From Phoronis australis (lineage: Eukaryota; Animalia; Phoronida), in the NCBI GenBank assembly GCA_002633005.1, contig NMRA01000238.1, positions 585,185 to 617,191 on the forward strand: a stretch of DNA of 32,007 nucleotides, given 5' to 3'. The position numbers and the translations under genes are program-made. The notes beneath the pieces were generated by a model. The model worked only from the letters and a program-made list of their open reading frames with translations, made no database searches and was not told the DNA's origin. Shown here in pieces: positions 1 to 10,603 of this stretch. Numbering within the stretch: the stretch's first letter is position 1; each line of letters begins with the position of its first letter.

Positions 1-469
1 TCTTCGCAACGCAGCCCGATATTTCAAGTGGGATAGCGCAGTTTTGAAAAGATTCCGTCACTTGCGGAGAACGGTTTTTGAGCATCGGCAATGCAAGCCG
101 AATATTTCATATTGAGAAAGCACATCTTTGAAAAGAAGAACCAACACTTGTTGGGAACGGTCTTTGTGCGTCGACGGCGCACATTTCTTATTGGGAAAGC
201 CAGATTTTCAAAAATTAATCGCTCAGACCATTTGAGTCTCATTTACCTGCAATTATACTGCTATCAAATGACCGAGCCAGCATTGTTGATACTACGACCG
301 CTCATCGAAATAATGTACACCCACGAAATTCGGACACTAGCGGAAACCCAAATTTGGAGGTCCGCCAAATTCGGACACCACAAAATGATATTTCGCGAGA
401 TTCGTCCAAAGATTGAATTTTTTCTATTGGAATTAATTTTCAGTGTCCGAAAATCACGCGACTTTACCG
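1..469. mobile_element. Probable right end of a non-autonomous Tc2/pogo-like DNA element
   Basis: CpG-rich segment with repeated AAATTCGGACAC motifs and an inverted GTGTCCGAAAAT. It ends in TTTACCG|TA, one mismatch from the TTACGG|TA terminus of the other such elements here. The left end is outside the window. Confidence 0.4.
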
Positions 470-648
470 TAGCTTCAAGAAATTCCAGCTTGTTTTTAAA
501 CGAGATTGACTTTGAACTTGTGTGAGAACTAATTCTAGTCTTGCTTTAGAATACTAAGCTTCAGTAATTAACAACATTGAAAGTTATACAATAATGTTTA
601 CTATGAACAAGTCACAAGCATACATTACCATAGAACGCAACACATCAA

Positions 649-899
649 GGGTAAGTTTCATGAAAACTGACTCCCAAGACATAAAACTGAATTTGGTCTA
701 AGCTCCCATTTCTTAATATGCCGAAAAAAGGCTTTGCTAAGTATTTATAACCATGTTACACCCTAGCGAAATAAATAGATATTATCTCACTAACTTGCAG
801 TTATGTGAACACGAGCAAATTATTTTTTTAATTGTTTTGTGGAGTGCAAGACCAAATTTCTGACTTGAGTCTAAGGAGTCACTTTCTTGAAACTGACCC
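649..899. mobile_element. MITE, PIF/Harbinger-like
   Basis: Imperfect TIRs of about 50 bp (GGGTAAGTTTCATGAAAACTGACTCC...ATTTGGTCT and AGACCAAATT...GGAGTCACTTTCTTGAAACTGACCC). The same 3-bp CAA flanks both sides (646-648, 900-902). Confidence 0.7.
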
Positions 900-1807
900 C
901 AACACTGACACTTAACCAGAATAGTCTCCATAACATGCACTTAAGGTAACAATCTAAATCTACACGCTACACAACATATCGGCCCAAATCTACATTGTAC
1001 AATTATGAACACAGCCCAACATCAATGGAACACTCAATAACTAAGTGATCGGACCAAAATAAATTTTCCAGTGATGTCACCTAATTTCATTTATCCTGAA
1101 AATAACTAGAATGAATCGTTATAGCTGAGAACAGCATATAGATTTTAATTTGACGATAAATTCTGTCATTTCACATCATGATAGCCACTATGACCACGAA
1201 CTACATTTGTGCCAATCTGCCATGAAACGGGGGATAATAATGGATTATGCTGGCTATGGTAACTTAAGGCGTGTTCTGGTATTTTTACAAACGGGCTGGG
1301 TACTTGGGTCATCTTTGAACAGAAATGAAAATGGAGTTTAAGTTGAAGAACTAAATTTTGATTTAGACCACTTATGGCTATAAAAATGGTGCTAACTTGT
1401 TCCTAACTCAGACGAGGAGTTATTTCTGGGTTTGCAAGGATTGACAGGTTGTTATATTATGTGATAAAATGACACTCCATAATTAATAAGCATGAAGAAT
1501 CCAGTCTCTAGCAATTAAGAAATGCCAGTTCTTTTCATAATCACACCAGTTTTAATTAAGAAACAAATTGGTTTTTGTCACGAAAGCAGAGTTATAGCGG
1601 TTTTAACTTAATAGAACCCATATAAAATTACCTTCTGAATGCGCAATTCGCAACAACAAACATGAAAAGTCTTGCGTGTCTACACGTACACACACATGCA
1701 CATAACTTTGCATCAATCATTTCTCAGTCAGGAAAGATAAAGATGTGGTTACAGTTGACCAACATACATGCAAACATAGTCATATTTAACATCACAGACA
1801 GTGCCAT

Positions 1808-1851
1808 AATCTCTGAATGCAGTCAGACAAATCTCTGAATGCAGTCAGACA
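1808..1851. repeat. 22-bp exact tandem duplication
   Basis: AATCTCTGAATGCAGTCAGACA occurs twice in tandem. Confidence 0.9.
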
Positions 1852-1895
1852 AATGCTCATCAATCGCAGTTAGTACAACAAACTTGAAGTAGCTC

Positions 1896-2029
1896 ACTAG
1901 TTACAACTCATCAGACCTTCACTGGTATACATGTCACTACTAGTTACAACTCAACAGGCCTTCACTGGTATACATGTCACTACTAGTTACAGCTCAACAG
2001 GCCTTCACCGGCATACATATCACTACTAG
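1896..2029. repeat. 43-bp minisatellite, 3 copies, probably in the PDHX 3' UTR
   Basis: Unit ACTAGTTACAACTCAACAGGCCTTCACTGGTATACATGTCACT with few variants, about 160 bp past the PDHX stop codon. Confidence 0.9.
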
Positions 2030-2184
2030 GCGAAAGACATGACACAATAGTTAAATGATATCCCCTATCACATTCCACACACAACCAGAGCTCTTGCAGA
2101 AAAAAATTAAGCAAACAAGCACTGCTAAAGACATTCCCAAAGTAGTGTCTGAGCTGATATACACTCGCGACATACTAACAATCT

Positions 2185-2464
2185 CTAAAATGCAAATGCT
2201 GCTTTGGCTTCTATGGACGAACTGTCTCCACTATTCAAGCATGCAGGTTGCTCTATAATGTCCTTGAAGGCCTCCAAGAAGCGTGAGGCCAAGGCCTCAT
2301 CGACCACTCGGCTATCACAGGATAAAGTCACCGTCATAACTGTGCAAGGTTCGTTGTCGCCATCCAAAATGAGGCGAGATGTTCCTACTGCCATAATACA
2401 CGACTGCGGGGGATTTATGATGGCTGTGAACTCAGTGATCCCATACATGCCCAGGTTAGAGATG
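2185..2464 (-). CDS. PDHX: PDHX/E3-binding protein, last coding exon (2-oxoacid dehydrogenase acyltransferase-like C-terminal domain)
   Basis: Translates [27 protein letters not shown]...[21 protein letters not shown]...AFAF then TAG at 2187-2185. Preceded by the acceptor ttttttgtatttcAG (2466-2465). DSRVVD rather than the catalytic DHRVVD is the known mark of PDHX as opposed to DLAT. Confidence 0.92.
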
Positions 2465-2614
2465 CTGAAATACAAAAAAAGCAACAAGTGGTCACGCAAA
2501 AACAAACGCTGTACAGTATTTACTTCAAGTTTTAGATCAGGCAAAACTATGACAGAAATAGCAGACAAAAAGTACGAAATTACATTATATAGCATACAGC
2601 AAAAATTGCTTTAG

Positions 2615-2870
2615 TTCAAAATTCTCCAATTTGATAATTGAATTTTTTTGATTTTGAAGATTGGGACATCCGTAATTTTGGCTTTTCTCAAATATTGGAC
2701 ATTGCATTTGTATCAAAAAGTTTGACATAAAATCGTCAAAAATAGCTGCCAATACAAAATCCATCTTTCTCATAATTCTTCAATTTGGGGCGGCCAATAC
2801 TGCCAATTTCTAAAATTTGGTACAAGCTCCAACCTTGAGCAAAATAGTTAATTTTTCACTGTCCCAAGTT
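2615..2870. repeat. Dispersed repeat; related copy at about 9575-9920
   Basis: Both sites share AAAATTCT(T/C)CAATTT and TTCTAAAATTTGGTA-AA-CTC--AACCTTGAG-AAA motifs. Confidence 0.55.
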
Positions 2871-3016
2871 AGAGAAATTTTACCATAATCGAGGATGTTT
2901 GTCTCAAACTGGAACACTGGACCCTGTCTCTGCAATTTGACTTAATGTCTTGTGTCAGTGGAGTCTCTTGTAACACCATGTGTTCCTCAACTGAAGAAAC
3001 AAATCTGAGCACTTAC

Positions 3017-3081
3017 GTAAAACTGCCTCCTTGAAATTCATGTGGCTGTAGTCTGCCCTCTCTAGCTTTGCCTGCCAGCTC
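3017..3081 (-). CDS. PDHX: PDHX internal exon (65 bp)
   Basis: Acceptor tttcAG, then ELAGKAREGRLQPHEFQGGSF plus AC, then GTAAGT donor. AC joins C of the next exon to give T, restoring GGSFTISNLG. Confidence 0.93.
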
Positions 3082-4611
3082 CTGAAATACAACAAAGAAA
3101 AGGATCACTGGAGGAGATGGACAATACTATCTACAAATTCAGTACGGTATTCTATTTTCAATTTCCCCGCATAAAAATTGCCAAATTTATAATAATCCGT
3201 TTTTTCAAACTGAGACTAATATCCTTTGATAACTCAAATTTTTACTAACATTTGTTTTATCTCAGCTATACGGTATTAATCGTTGAAATATCTAAGTATT
3301 TCTTTTGCATGAGAAGTTTGACACACTAAACACCTACTGATCCGTCATACTGCATGCTAATCAAAGAGCATTGACAATGAAGGTAGGGATGACGCAAATC
3401 CTCATGTAAAACAATTTTAAGAGACAACAGAATTTATAGCTAAATGTCTTCTGAAATTTGGTTAAGCTATTGATACTATAGTTTTATAACCAATAATTTT
3501 CGTTTTCGCTAAATTTGACTAAAAAAACACCGTCACGTGACCCAATTGACGACTGATAGGTAAAAAGTCGAAAACCACATTCTAAAAACTTGCCACATTC
3601 AGAAAATGTATACCATACCTTTACTGAGTTACTAGTTTTGTCAATATATGACTGAATACACAGACATCTTTATAAGATCCTACGCTCACTGTCTACCTTC
3701 GTCACCAAAGATTTTTGAAATAACTTTGCAACTATTAATAGTAAACCCATATAACTATATATTTTTAAAATCCTTGTGAATCAAATAATCTTGTTTTGTG
3801 CATGACAACACTGTTCAAAGTTTCGTTATCACATGACTGCATTTTTGTAATGACAATTTGCCACAGAGATCACCATATTTTTCACACTATTCGTTTTTTT
3901 ATCAAAACTTGGCAAATTCTGTTTGTTTTATTAGCTACAAAATGGTATCTACAATTTTCTTAAAGGCCTTTCCAATGTCAAAAATAAAGACTTTCAAAAA
4001 TGAAGACGTCTTGATTTTTGACAGCGGATTTCTTGGACTAAGAGGGCTTAAAAGGAAATGCCAGAGATAACTTGGTATTATGATGGTACCAGAGCAATGC
4101 TAGTTCTAGTTACAAACATCACCTTTTGTTAATAGTCGACATGGCAACCTCAACATGAAACATAACAGACTGAGGTAAGTAGTATGGAATTAATTTGTTG
4201 ACAGCTTAACATTCCTAAAAAATCTCAAACCTACACTACAAGGGAAAATAAGTTCATGAATATTCATGAGGAGACTTGTAATGGAATAGAAGAAAAAATA
4301 CTTGGTGTGAATAATTAGTTTAGATTATTTACTGGTAGGTCCAAGAACTTTGATGACACTGTGATAGCGCACATGATGTCATAGGCATGATTGCAAGTAT
4401 CCCTGTTGTTGTTTTCTCTATTCAATCATGTACACTTGATTCACCATCATCTTTGTGACATCACATGCGAAATTGTGCACTAATCCAAAATAGTGACAGC
4501 TACGGTTATGAACAGAAGAGCCTTTTTCAACTTGACTATTTTAATAGACAGTCAAGTTGACACTTCTTGTTGCTAAAAGCTCGCCAAGACAATGACGTGT
4601 TTGCATCTTAC

Positions 4612-4770
4612 CCTGATGGCAGTTGTTATTTCAGGGACTTTGAGACTCGCTGCATTTTTCACAATGGGGGTGATCAGACCACTCTCAGTTGCCACAGCGA
4701 CAGAAATGTCGACATCATGCACTCTGACGACATGGTCATCTTCCCAGCGCGAATTGACCTCTGGAACTCT
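4612..4770 (-). CDS. PDHX: PDHX internal exon (159 bp)
   Basis: Acceptor ttttccAG, then [53 protein letters not shown], then GTAAGA donor. Phase 0 at both ends. Confidence 0.93.
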
Positions 4771-4898
4771 CTGGAAAATGATCAAATATTAGTAACGAGA
4801 GAAAACCTCTATGCGAGGATTGCTCTAAGCCCCACTCAAGTCCCACAACCCTTTCAGCCAGATGCTTTAATTTAATATTCATTGGTTTTATCAATTAT

Positions 4899-5033
4899 CT
4901 GGGTTGAGTTCAATAACACCAGTGTCTCACTAGGAAAACACCATCTCGCAAGATATTGCCTCGTATTTTCAATGTGAGCACGTGATTTCAGCTACATTTT
5001 CTCATCACGAGACAGTCGTTGAATTCGACCTGG
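4899..5033. mobile_element. Short degraded MITE
   Basis: Imperfect inverted ends CTGGGTTGAGTTCAATAAC and GTCGTTGAATTCGACCTGG. Confidence 0.35.
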
Positions 5034-5499
5034 TACAAATTCCAGTTTGGTTGAAGTTAACAACTCACATTTTTTGTGCATTTAACACTTAGATTTCATT
5101 ATTCACAAAAGGGAAAAAACAGATGACGATTTATCACAGGCCGTAAGTCTTGTCATAGCTAAGACAGTCATAGGCACAATGCTGCAAACACCACCTCGCA
5201 CTTTTAAGTAGAACATAAGAGTCAAATTGTTAATATTATTTACATTTAACAGTCCCACTTTCTCCTGGCAAGTTAATGAATTGTGTGCAAATAAACATCA
5301 ACTTTATGACTATCTTAACTACAAACAGACCTTTGAAAAAACAGGCCAACTTTAATGGTTATGAGATTTTTGTAATCTCTGTGACAAAATAAATGAAAAC
5401 CACACCCAACTGCCTTGTTATATGCAGAATTTTATTTTCAGAAATAATAATTTGTTGGTACACAGAATTCTGTCGAGTAATTTGAATCTTATTTAACCC

Positions 5500-7070
5500 G
5501 AAGATCCCAGCTCGTTGACTTACTGGGCTGTCAGTCTGAATTGAAAGACACAACACGTGCCGTCCCCCAGGTTCTATTCTGGGGCCCTCGCTATTTCTCC
5601 TGTATGTCAATGACATGGAATCTGCAGTTGATTGTAGTCTTCTGTACACAAATGATTCTGACTTAATTTTTCCCATACGGACATCTCGGTTATTGAGCAG
5701 ACTCTACCTCATGATCTAAATAACCTACGTAATTAGTTTATTGACAACAAACTAACCCTTCATAGTCAATCTGTAAAACCCAATCAATGAATTTTAGTAA
5801 ATCAGACTATGTCGATTTCAATGTAACATGCAACAGCAACACTATCACTTCATGATCATCTTTAAGTTTTCTTACTCTCCAAATGGCTAACAAGCTTTTT
5901 TAGAACACAGCCAAGTCCGTAGTTGAAAAATGCAATTGTAGACTAAAATCTATGTACAGGCACAGAGATTGCTATGACCCTAAGTCACGTAAAACCCTGT
6001 GCAGTTCACAAATAATTCCTTTCTTTGATTATGCTTGTTCAAGCTGATTTTCCAGTTCAAATACTTGTCTTTGCAAAAAGCTCCAGGTGTATCAAAACAA
6101 ATTAAGTTTACACCCTCGTACTGACATAAGTTTTAATCATTTTCAGTCTCTTGGGTAGCTAACTATTGAAAACCGAGCTAACCAACTCAAAATCTACCTT
6201 ATTCATAAAATTGTTCATGACAACGTCCAAGATTCTATCCTTGATCACTTTTCAGCATTTAACCACTCCATTCTCACAGGACTATGGTTTTATTCAGCCA
6301 AGAGTCAAAACACAGGGAACTAAAACTTTTTTAAAATCAACCATAGTTCTGTGGAATTCACTTCCTAGCCATTACAGATTTAAATATTTTTAAAGGACAA
6401 ATCAAACAATATCTATCTAGCCATATTGAGAGAAGTGATTACTCCGATTTTATTTATTAATTAATTTATTTATCTATGTATTTGTCATCTATCACGTCAC
6501 TTCATCCCAAATTCCTTTTCAGCTTATTTTCATGTACAGCTATTTTCAATTTATTAATTTATTTATTTATCTATGTATTTGTCATCTATCACGTCACTTC
6601 ATCCCGAATTCCTTTTCAGCTTATTTTCATCTACAGCTATTTTCAATTTATTAATTTATTTATTTATCTATGTATTTATCATCTATCACGTCACTTCATC
6701 CCGAATTCCTTTTCAGCTTATTTTCATCTACAGCTATTTTCAATTTATTAATTTATTTATTTATCTATGTATTTGTCATCTATCACGTCACTTCATCCCA
6801 AATTCCTTTTCAGCTTATTTTCATCTACAGCTATTTTCAATTGTTTCACATCTCTCACTCCTCCTCTATAGTTATTCAATTCATAATTTATATTTATTAG
6901 TAATATTTATTTTCTTGAATTTTGTTGGACCACCATGGAAATAAGTTTTTAACTTTTTGGTATTGTCCAGATAATATACATAATCATTTTTTAAATATAT
7001 CTTGTACCGATTAAAAGTACTTATGATTGAAATTGTGTATATTATCAAATAAACTAACAAAAAAAACAAA
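5500..7070 (+). mobile_element. 5'-truncated, decayed LINE (L2/CR1/Crack group): RT remnant, 3' UTR and tail
   Basis: 5562-5660 reads approximately VPQGSILGPSLFLLYVNDM...LLYTNDS (RT QGS and decayed YADD motifs, frameshifted). 6310-6390 reads KTFLKSTIVLWNSLP. A 3' motif GGACCACCATGGAAATAAG...GTCC is followed by AATAAA and an A-rich tail near 7048-7070. Confidence 0.75.
6452..6842. repeat. 97-bp tandem repeat, 4 near-identical copies
   Basis: Unit TTATCTATGTATTTGTCATCTATCACGTCACTTCATCCC...CAGCTATTTTCAAT. The period is confirmed by identical ORF starts at 6476, 6573 and 6670. Confidence 0.95.
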
Positions 7071-7198
7071 TGCGCCAATGACTGAACCACTAACAGGATG
7101 TTAAAGAAGGCGTTAACTGGTTTCATGTGATATAATTGGACTAATTTTGTCACTATTATATCAAAGCTGAAAATCGACTTGTGCTAGCGCCCATCACC

Positions 7199-7524
7199 TT
7201 ATTGTGATACTGTTCCCAAAGCTTGAATTTCCTCACTCCATTACAAATCATTGCTGGGTTAGCTTAAAAATAATACTGATAAGGCAAATCAAGCTTGTTA
7301 AAAATCTCGCAAAAGCTTCTTGAGCCAGTCACCTTTTCATCATTGAATTCCAAGCTAGGAAAACCCAAACTCTTACTAACCCTTATTGTGCACGCTTGAA
7401 TAAGGTTTCTGGTGAGAAACATGGTTCAAGCTATCTTTAGTGAATTCTGTCACCAAGCAAAATTCGTTTTGCTACAGAGTGGTGATCAAAATAAAAATAT
7501 TCCATGGCCTCTTCACATGTGACA
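7199..7524. repeat. Left arm of a diverged inverted repeat of about 320 bp (partner at 9221-9546)
   Basis: AAGCTTGAATTTCCT, GATAAGGCAAATCAAGCTTGT, CCAGTCACCTTTT, TTGAATTCCA, TTCTGTCACCAAGCAA and GTGATCAAAA all recur reverse-complemented and collinear in 9221-9546. Confidence 0.8.
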
Positions 7525-8699
7525 ATGTACAATGGAAGCCAAAAGGAAACAGCCAAACTACCGTCTCCCCGTCATGGCAGTCAATTCTGTTTGCAAATTC
7601 TATCTGCTAATTCCGGCTGAAAATGATTAGTAATGGCGCATCGTGGTGACATTAATCTCTCATCACAATCTTCTGATAAAGGTATAGTGACAACAACTTG
7701 ATTATCGTCGTTCTTAAAGGTGTATTGCCCATATAATAAGATTTTTGATGCAACGCTGGCAGCCATGAATGTTTTGGTATCTTTTGATCACTAGGTCATT
7801 GCAAAATCAGAACCACAAAAAAAATGGTAACCAATGTGCAAAATGCATGCATTGTTAGTCCAAAGAGAGGAAGTTTGTCCTGACGAGCATCTTAATGGGG
7901 TTGTGCATTTTGCAAGGACACCCATTAGTTATTATTACTAGGCTCTAAGTTACTCAACGCTTAATTGTCTCAGCCTTTTGAGAATTGATTCCATGAGGAT
8001 GTTGCTTGATAGGAATGAGTCCTCTACATCAACGCTATGTTGAGCAATTGTGGCTTTCTTCTGGAAAGTACGCTTGTACCTAAGTATAATTTCCTAATTA
8101 CCTGATTAATGAGACAACTTCACATCAAGCTTAGATACCCCCTCAGAGATAGAAAGCTAGTTAGCATGATTTCTCGTCCTTCAGACACCTTAGTGACTTA
8201 GTTTCTAACAATAAACTATCAACTGTCTTACCTGTCCCAGCAATACTTCTCTGACAATAGCTAACTCATTAACCTGACACATCTGAGTTGATTATTCAAC
8301 AGTCTGGTGTTTCAACAGTACAGTTCACATCATTAACTTTCTACAACACGGTAATCTGATATTTGGCCCAAAGAGCCCAACTACAGGTAACAAAACTAGA
8401 ACATCTCTTACTTAACAATACCTTCACAAGCTTTCCTGTCATAATAACATTTCACTCGCACTGTTTTTTCTCACATTTTCACAAGTTAACTGACACATTT
8501 TACAAGTGACCACGAAACTTAAATACATAATCAAGCAAGTTTTCAGTTCCAGGTTTTCTTGCAGACAATTTTCAATCAAAGCCTTCAAAGGACCACAAAC
8601 CTCGTTACCAAATACTACTCCTAGACACACTCTCTGGCAGCAAACATCACTAGGTTAATGGCGTCATCCCAGTCCTTCTGATCATAAAAGGGATACAAT

Positions 8700-8850
8700 T
8701 TGATCATTGTCATAATCATTATCGAGATCAAATAAATGCCACTATCTTCACCATCGTCATCGTCATAGTCATCATTTTCATCATCAGCTCTGTCATCATA
8801 GTCCTCATCATCATCGTCGTCATGATCATTATAGTTCTCGTCATCTTCAA
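8700..8850. repeat. Degenerate (ATC/GAT)n low-complexity tract
   Basis: CATCGTCATCGTCATAGTCATC...; reads Asp-rich on the minus strand. Confidence 0.7.
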
Positions 8851-9220
8851 CATTAGGAGTACTCTTAATAGTTGGCTTATTGTGACGTCATTGCGAACGG
8901 CTGTAACGGCTTTGCGACTATTTTGACAAGAAAATATTTTTCAACACGACCATCAATTGCAAACAAATGACACAGTTGTCATTTTTCCAAATAGTGAATT
9001 GTTTGCTACAAATAGTTTGGGAACTTTAAAAAAATGCTCTTGTATGACATCTACACAGTAAAATTATTACATCATTCAAGCTTGGTCTATATTATTCAAA
9101 CATGACCAATATTTGTACAAGCTTTGCCTGGACTTTCAAGCCTACATCACTCCAGGTTTTTCATTCCAATATCCTTGCTAGTAAGTGACAGAAATTTCGA
9201 GTGAGCTGTATGAGCTATGT

Positions 9221-9546
9221 TGTCACACACATTCACGCCACGGGATACATTTCTTTTGATCACTAGTCAGAAAGAAAATAGCTCTTGCTTGGTGACAGAA
9301 TTTGTTGAAGATAGCTTGAATTATATTACTTAACAGCAATCCCTCTAAAGTTTGCACAGCAATGGTTACTGAGAGGCAAGGTTTTTCAAGCGTGGAATTC
9401 AATTTTCGAAAAAAGGTGACTGGTTCAACAAGCTTATTCAAGGTTTTTTCACAAGCCTGGTTTGCCTTAATCAACAGACTTTTCAAGCTAACTGAGAAAC
9501 TAGGAAGAGAGCAAGGAAATTCAAGCTTGGAGAAAAATATCAAATA
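9221..9546. repeat. Right arm of the diverged inverted repeat (partner at 7199-7524)
   Basis: TTTTGATCAC, TTGCTTGGTGACAGAA, TGGAATTCAA, AAAAGGTGACTGG and AGGAAATTCAAGCTT are the reverse complements of the left-arm motifs. Confidence 0.8.
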
Positions 9547-9985
9547 CAGTTAAGCAAAAGCAATTTTTGCTACGATTAAAATTCTTCAATTTTGCACATT
9601 CTCTAAAATTTGGGACAGCAAGCATCGAACCAAAATTGAAATTTGACTATGAAAGGGACATGGGCAATTTTGACATTCATTGTGTTTCCCAAATATTCAG
9701 GCAGTGTATTTTATATCAACAGTCTGAAAATAGACACAGCAGATCATACAATAGTCGAAAATACCTGCCGATACAATGTTTTCATGCATCTTCGTTGCAT
9801 GTAACAAGGTGAATGACCCCTTGTAATTGATCAAAATTCTTCAATACGGGACGTCCAACGTTACCTAATTCTAAAATTTGGTATAACTCTTAACCTTGAG
9901 TAAACTGAACTTTTTCACAGGAGAATGATTGTTTATCGTAAGTAGCGACTAAGGTTTTCTATTTCAATTCCATTGGTACAATTAC

Positions 9986-10047
9986 CTGTAGGGCCACGGC
10001 GGAAGCTTTAACTATCAGGTCGTTCACTGTCACTTTATGACCACTTT
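9986..10047 (-). CDS. PDHX: PDHX internal exon (62 bp); upstream exons not seen in the window
   Basis: Acceptor ttttttcAG, then AA plus SGHKVTVNDLIVKASAVALQ, then GTAATT donor. Matches the KVSVNDFIIKAxAxAL motif of E2/E3BP and splices in frame to the 4770 exon. Not in the ORF track. Confidence 0.9.
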
Positions 10048-10603
10048 CTGAAAAAACAAACATTGCAGGACTGAATCAAAGGATAGGATTTTAACAACTG
10101 CAGTGGAAGCTTATTCTGTCTAATTTGTCAACAACATTTTTACCTCACTTTAGCATGGTTTGTACTGTGCATCAACAATAAAACAAGACGTGAACATCTT
10201 TATAATACGAATTTGAAAAATTGGGTTGCAGCATTTATCTTTGACCAAAATTAAAGGATTTGCAAGCTCTTGAACAAATATGGAGAGCAAATGATGTCTA
10301 GGCACTAAATTTTGTATTGTCATCCAGGAGTAACAACCCTTCGAGACTAGATCCTTTGAAGTATAGACCTCCCGACAACTTCAGGGTTAAGGTAGAATGT
10401 AGCCCTTTGAATTGAAGACTGAGCCCCCTCATTAGTGCAACATTCACATCGTCTGATTACAAAACAGCCCCCCCACCTTGTCAAGCCCATCAACCAGACG
10501 TCGCCTGTCTGCCTTCTCATAACAGGAGAAATGTACCCACGACTACTGCAAACGACATGCTTCCAAGACAGTTAATTAATTAGCATCACATAATATATAA
10601 AAT

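Noticed and set aside
1896-2029. Possible CRISPR array
   Set aside because: The units are contiguous with no unique spacers, and the context is a spliced eukaryotic gene.
2204-2614. 136-aa plus-strand ORF
   Set aside because: Antisense shadow of the last PDHX exon with no recognisable motif.
6476-6944. Three hydrophobic ORFs resembling membrane proteins
   Set aside because: By-products of the T-rich 97-bp tandem repeat.
8700-8850. Asp-rich acidic protein exon on the minus strand
   Set aside because: No convincing splice sites or start, and it does not fit PDHX; best explained as a decayed trinucleotide repeat.
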